Below are positions 29,935-32,000 of a stretch of DNA of 32,000 nucleotides, in pieces; within the stretch, counting starts at the first letter, position 1; each line of letters starts with the position of its first letter. Source of the stretch: Delftia acidovorans NBRC 14950 (GTDB taxonomy: Bacteria; Pseudomonadota; Gammaproteobacteria; Burkholderiales; Burkholderiaceae_C); contig NZ_BCZP01000008.1 of NCBI RefSeq assembly GCF_001598795.1, positions 1-32,000 on the forward strand, written 5' to 3'. Below the pieces are notes generated by a model. That model ran no database searches. It saw only the letters and a program-made list of their open reading frames with translations, and was not told where the DNA came from. Position numbers and translations under genes: made by a program.

Positions 29935-31227
29935 TCAGGACAGCTCGCGCCCCTTGAGTTCAGGGATCAGGAAGGCCGTGGCCAGCATGTCCAGCACATA
30001 GATGGCCGCCAGCAGGGCGATCGCCACCTGGAACGAATAGCTCATGGCCAGCGCACCGATCACCACCGGGCCCAGTCCGCCCACGGCGCGGCCGATGTTG
30101 AACAGCACGTTCTGCGCGGTGGCACGGGCCTCGGTGGGGTAGGCCTCGCTCATCACGGCGCCGTAGCCGCCCATCATGCCGTTGACGAACAGGCCCATGA
30201 GGGCGCCTGCCCAGAGCATGGCCGTGGGATCGGACAGCTGCGAATAGAGCACGACCATGATGACCGAGCCCAGCTGGAAGATCAGGAAGCTGGGCTTGCG
30301 GCCGATGCGGTCGGCCAACTGGCCGAAGACCCAGATGCCGACCATCATTCCCACCACGGTCACGGCAGTCCATATCGAGGACTTGGTCAGGCTGAAGCCC
30401 AGTTGCTTGGACAGGAAGCTGGGCATCCAGATCATGATGCCGTAGTAGCCAAAGTTCTGGACCGAGGTCAGCACGATCACGCCCAGGCTGACCTTGGTCG
30501 TGGCGCGGTCCTTCACCAGCAGCTTCAGGCTTTGCAGCACCGGCACGCGGGCCGAGGGCGTGGCGGACTGCTGGCGTTTCACGAAGACTTCGGGCTCGTG
30601 CAGCTTGTTGCGGATCACCCATGCCACCACGGCCGGGATCACGCCCACCAGGAACATGCCGCGCCAGCCGATGAGGGGCAGCAGCAGCGGCGTCAGCAGC
30701 GCCGCACCCAGCACGCCCATTTGCCAGCCCAGGGCCACGTAGGACGAGACGCGGGCGCGGTGGCGTGCGGGCCAGGCCTCGGCGGCCAGTGCCATGCCGA
30801 TGCCGAACTCACCGCCCAGGCCGATGCCCGCAATCGTGCGGTAGGCCAGCAGGTCCCAGTAGCCCTGGGCGAAGGCGCACAGGCCTGTGAAGACTGCGAA
30901 CAGCATGATGGTCCAGGTCAGCACGCGGATGCGCCCGTAGCGGTCGCTGAGCAGGCCGAAGAAGATGCCGCCGAACACGGCACCGATCAGCGTCCAGGTC
31001 ACCAGCGAACCGGCCTGGCCCGGCGTGAGGTGCAGGTCGGCCGAAATGGCCGACAGCATGAAGCCCAGGATCAGCAGGTCGAAGCCGTCCATGGCATAGC
31101 CCACGGCCGAGCCGGCCAGGGCCTTCCAGCTGTAGCCATTGACCTGGGTGGCATGTGTGCCGACATGCGTGTCTGTGCTGGCGCCGGCAGCATTGGCTGC
31201 GAGCGCCCCGGAGGAAGTGGTGGTCAC
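29935..31227 (-). CDS. MFS transporter (12-TM, sugar/acid porter-like)
   Basis: MFS motif GLLSDRYGRIRV, about 12 hydrophobic segments, and a second motif GQLADRIGRKP. I propose the start at GTG 31227 with AAGGA 7 nt upstream. The track extension to 31470 is R-rich junk, and the next in-frame ATG lies inside TM1. Confidence 0.8.
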   Translation of the reverse strand: MTTTSSGALAANAAGASTDTHVGTHATQVNGYSWKALAGSAVGYAMDGFDLLILGFMLSAISADLHLTPGQAGSLVTWTLIGAVFGGIFFGLLSDRYGRIRVLTWTIMLFAVFTGLCAFAQGYWDLLAYRTIAGIGLGGEFGIGMALAAEAWPARHRARVSSYVALGWQMGVLGAALLTPLLLPLIGWRGMFLVGVIPAVVAWVIRNKLHEPEVFVKRQQSATPSARVPVLQSLKLLVKDRATTKVSLGVIVLTSVQNFGYYGIMIWMPSFLSKQLGFSLTKSSIWTAVTVVGMMVGIWVFGQLADRIGRKPSFLIFQLGSVIMVVLYSQLSDPTAMLWAGALMGLFVNGMMGGYGAVMSEAYPTEARATAQNVLFNIGRAVGGLGPVVIGALAMSYSFQVAIALLAAIYVLDMLATAFLIPELKGRELS

Positions 31228-31464
31228 GTGAAAATCCTTGAAAGCCAGGACGGCGCGCGCTCTCGCTGGGGTGCGGCACCACGCAAAACGCCTGCGCCGC
31301 CGGCTGGGCCGGCGTGCGGGCACGCTGCGCGTGTGCGGCATCCTGGAGTGGCGATGGGCACGGGAAATCCTGGTGGGAAAACAAGCTGGGCGGCCGGCAT
31401 GCCGGAGCATGGCAGGGGCTGCGCGCAAAGACAGAGCGCAAGGTGCAGCGCCAAAAGACCGCTT

Positions 31465-31509
31465 CTGCAAAAAGCGAAAGCCCTGAAATCGGCCGGGCGA
31501 TCAGGGCTT
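31465..31509 (-). terminator. Orphan rho-independent terminator-like hairpin (minus-strand orientation)
   Basis: Minus-strand RNA: AAGCCCUGA-(AUCGCCCGGCCGAU)-UCAGGGCUU followed by UCGCUUUUUG. No credible minus-strand ORF lies upstream of it. Confidence 0.5.
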
Positions 31510-31751
31510 GGAGGCCGTGGGCAGGCCCTGCGAGGAGAGGGCGGCCCATGCGAGCGGGCGCAATGGTAAGGCAAGTCGCCAGCCAAGGCAAGCTGCGGGG
31601 CTTATGCCAGGGCGCTGGGTCTTTGGCCGGGGCGCCAAGGGTGCTCGTGCTAGGCTGGCGCCCGCTGCGGCCATTGCGCCGCTGGCGCGCCCCATATCTG
31701 CCCGGGTCCGTCTATGACCTTGCGGTGCAGTGCGGCGATATCTCGCAGGTT

Positions 31752-31780
31752 TTGCCAATAAAAACAATTCTCATTACAGT
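31752..31780 (+). promoter_or_regulatory. Candidate sigma-70 promoter (TTGCCA-17-TACAGT) overlapped by a Fur-box-like 19-mer (31760-31778)
   Basis: This is an AT-rich island in GC-rich DNA. The minus-strand 19-mer TGTAATGAGAATTGTTTTT matches GATAATGATAATCATTATC at about 12 of 19 positions. It sits 40 nt upstream of an imelysin-like gene. Confidence 0.45.
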
Positions 31781-31819
31781 TTGGCATTCCGAGTTCTCCA
31801 ACCTCCGATCCTTTCTGCC

Positions 31820-32000
31820 ATGCATCCCATCCTGATTGCAGCCGCCCTGGCCCTGGGCGCGGCCGCCCCGATGAGCCAGGCCGCAGCCGCCGGCACCGTT
31901 CAACAGCCCGTGAAGAAGAGCCTCTCCGTTGCGGAGGTGGTCAAGCATTACGGCACCCTGGTGCACGCCAATTACTCGGACTCCATCAGCTCCGCCAAGA
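31820..32000 (+). CDS. Imelysin/iron-regulated protein A-like periplasmic protein, N-terminal part; runs off the right edge
   Basis: MHPILIAAALALGAAAPMSQA is a signal peptide. VVKHYGTLVHANYSDSISSAK resembles the N-terminal helix of imelysin (M75) family proteins from memory. Confidence 0.5.
   Translation, partial: MHPILIAAALALGAAAPMSQAAAAGTVQQPVKKSLSVAEVVKHYGTLVHANYSDSISSAK

Noticed and set aside
31580-31590. CAGCCAAGGCA, identical to part of the SRP (4.5S) RNA domain IV 3' side. This is tempting given that ffh is in the window.
   Set aside because: The invariant GGAA tetraloop and the AGCA symmetric-loop context (GGAAGGAAGCAGCC) are absent. The nearby GGTAAGGCAAGTCGCC needs several insertions to align.
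31640-31745. Possible cobalamin or other riboswitch upstream of the MFS gene (minus strand contains CGCCGCACTGCA).
   Set aside because: There is no B12 box (AGYCMGGAGACCKGCC type). I could not assemble any other riboswitch core motif (TPP, SAM, FMN, Moco). This needs an Infernal scan rather than reading by eye.
31782-31797. Sigma-54-like TGGCAT-N5-GTTCT upstream of the imelysin-like gene; other TGGCAC strings occur inside modA and ypjD.
   Set aside because: The -12 element does not match TTGC. The intragenic hits have no downstream gene, so there is no credible target for the sigma-54 regulator in this window.
31314-31835. 173-aa + ORF and overlapping minus ORFs (31501..31767, 31224..31586, 30809..31591) filling the MFS-imelysin gap.
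   Set aside because: Their R/W/C/G-rich composition and mediocre GC3 are not coding-like. They lack a ribosome-binding site, and they run through the terminator hairpin and the AT-rich promoter.

Overview
This is a GC-rich, densely coding chromosomal segment. Protein sequences and gene order suggest a betaproteobacterium of the Burkholderiales/Comamonadaceae type; that assignment is inference only. I support 26 protein genes, most on the minus strand. From left to right they are:
- the 5' part of a Lys/Ala-rich histone-like gene
- nrdB-nrdA, with tandem NrdR boxes upstream
- a tightly packed run of ampD, a sigma-54 response regulator, a 6-TM PilS-like kinase, a small Zn-ribbon membrane protein and a ypjD-like gene
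- a REC-GGDEF protein and a 1298-aa PAS/hybrid kinase with Hpt domain
- ffh, divergent from that kinase, then an NlpC/P60 lipoprotein and an XRE regulator
- a three-gene cassette of unknown function
- miaB, a small secreted protein, fdhD, modCBA and divergent modE
- two small orphan genes, an MFS transporter, and the start of an imelysin-like gene behind a Fur-box-like promoter

I found no rRNA, tRNA, CRISPR array or recognisable mobile element. The many long ORFs opposite the real genes are GC-driven mirror ORFs.

The best candidate for an undescribed system is the translationally coupled cassette at 17867-22061. It encodes a 762-aa helical-repeat protein, a PcfJ-like protein with a GTG start, and a membrane-anchored DUF1266-like protein. 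A terminator insulates it from miaB, and it faces an XRE regulator.

Secondary puzzles:
- a perfect inverted repeat in the nrdA leader
- a 590-bp non-coding gap with an orphan minus-strand terminator
- a kinase/GGDEF pair inserted between ffh and ypjD
- a 9-bp tandem repeat at a gene junction

All family assignments come from reading motifs by eye and need HMM or BLAST confirmation.
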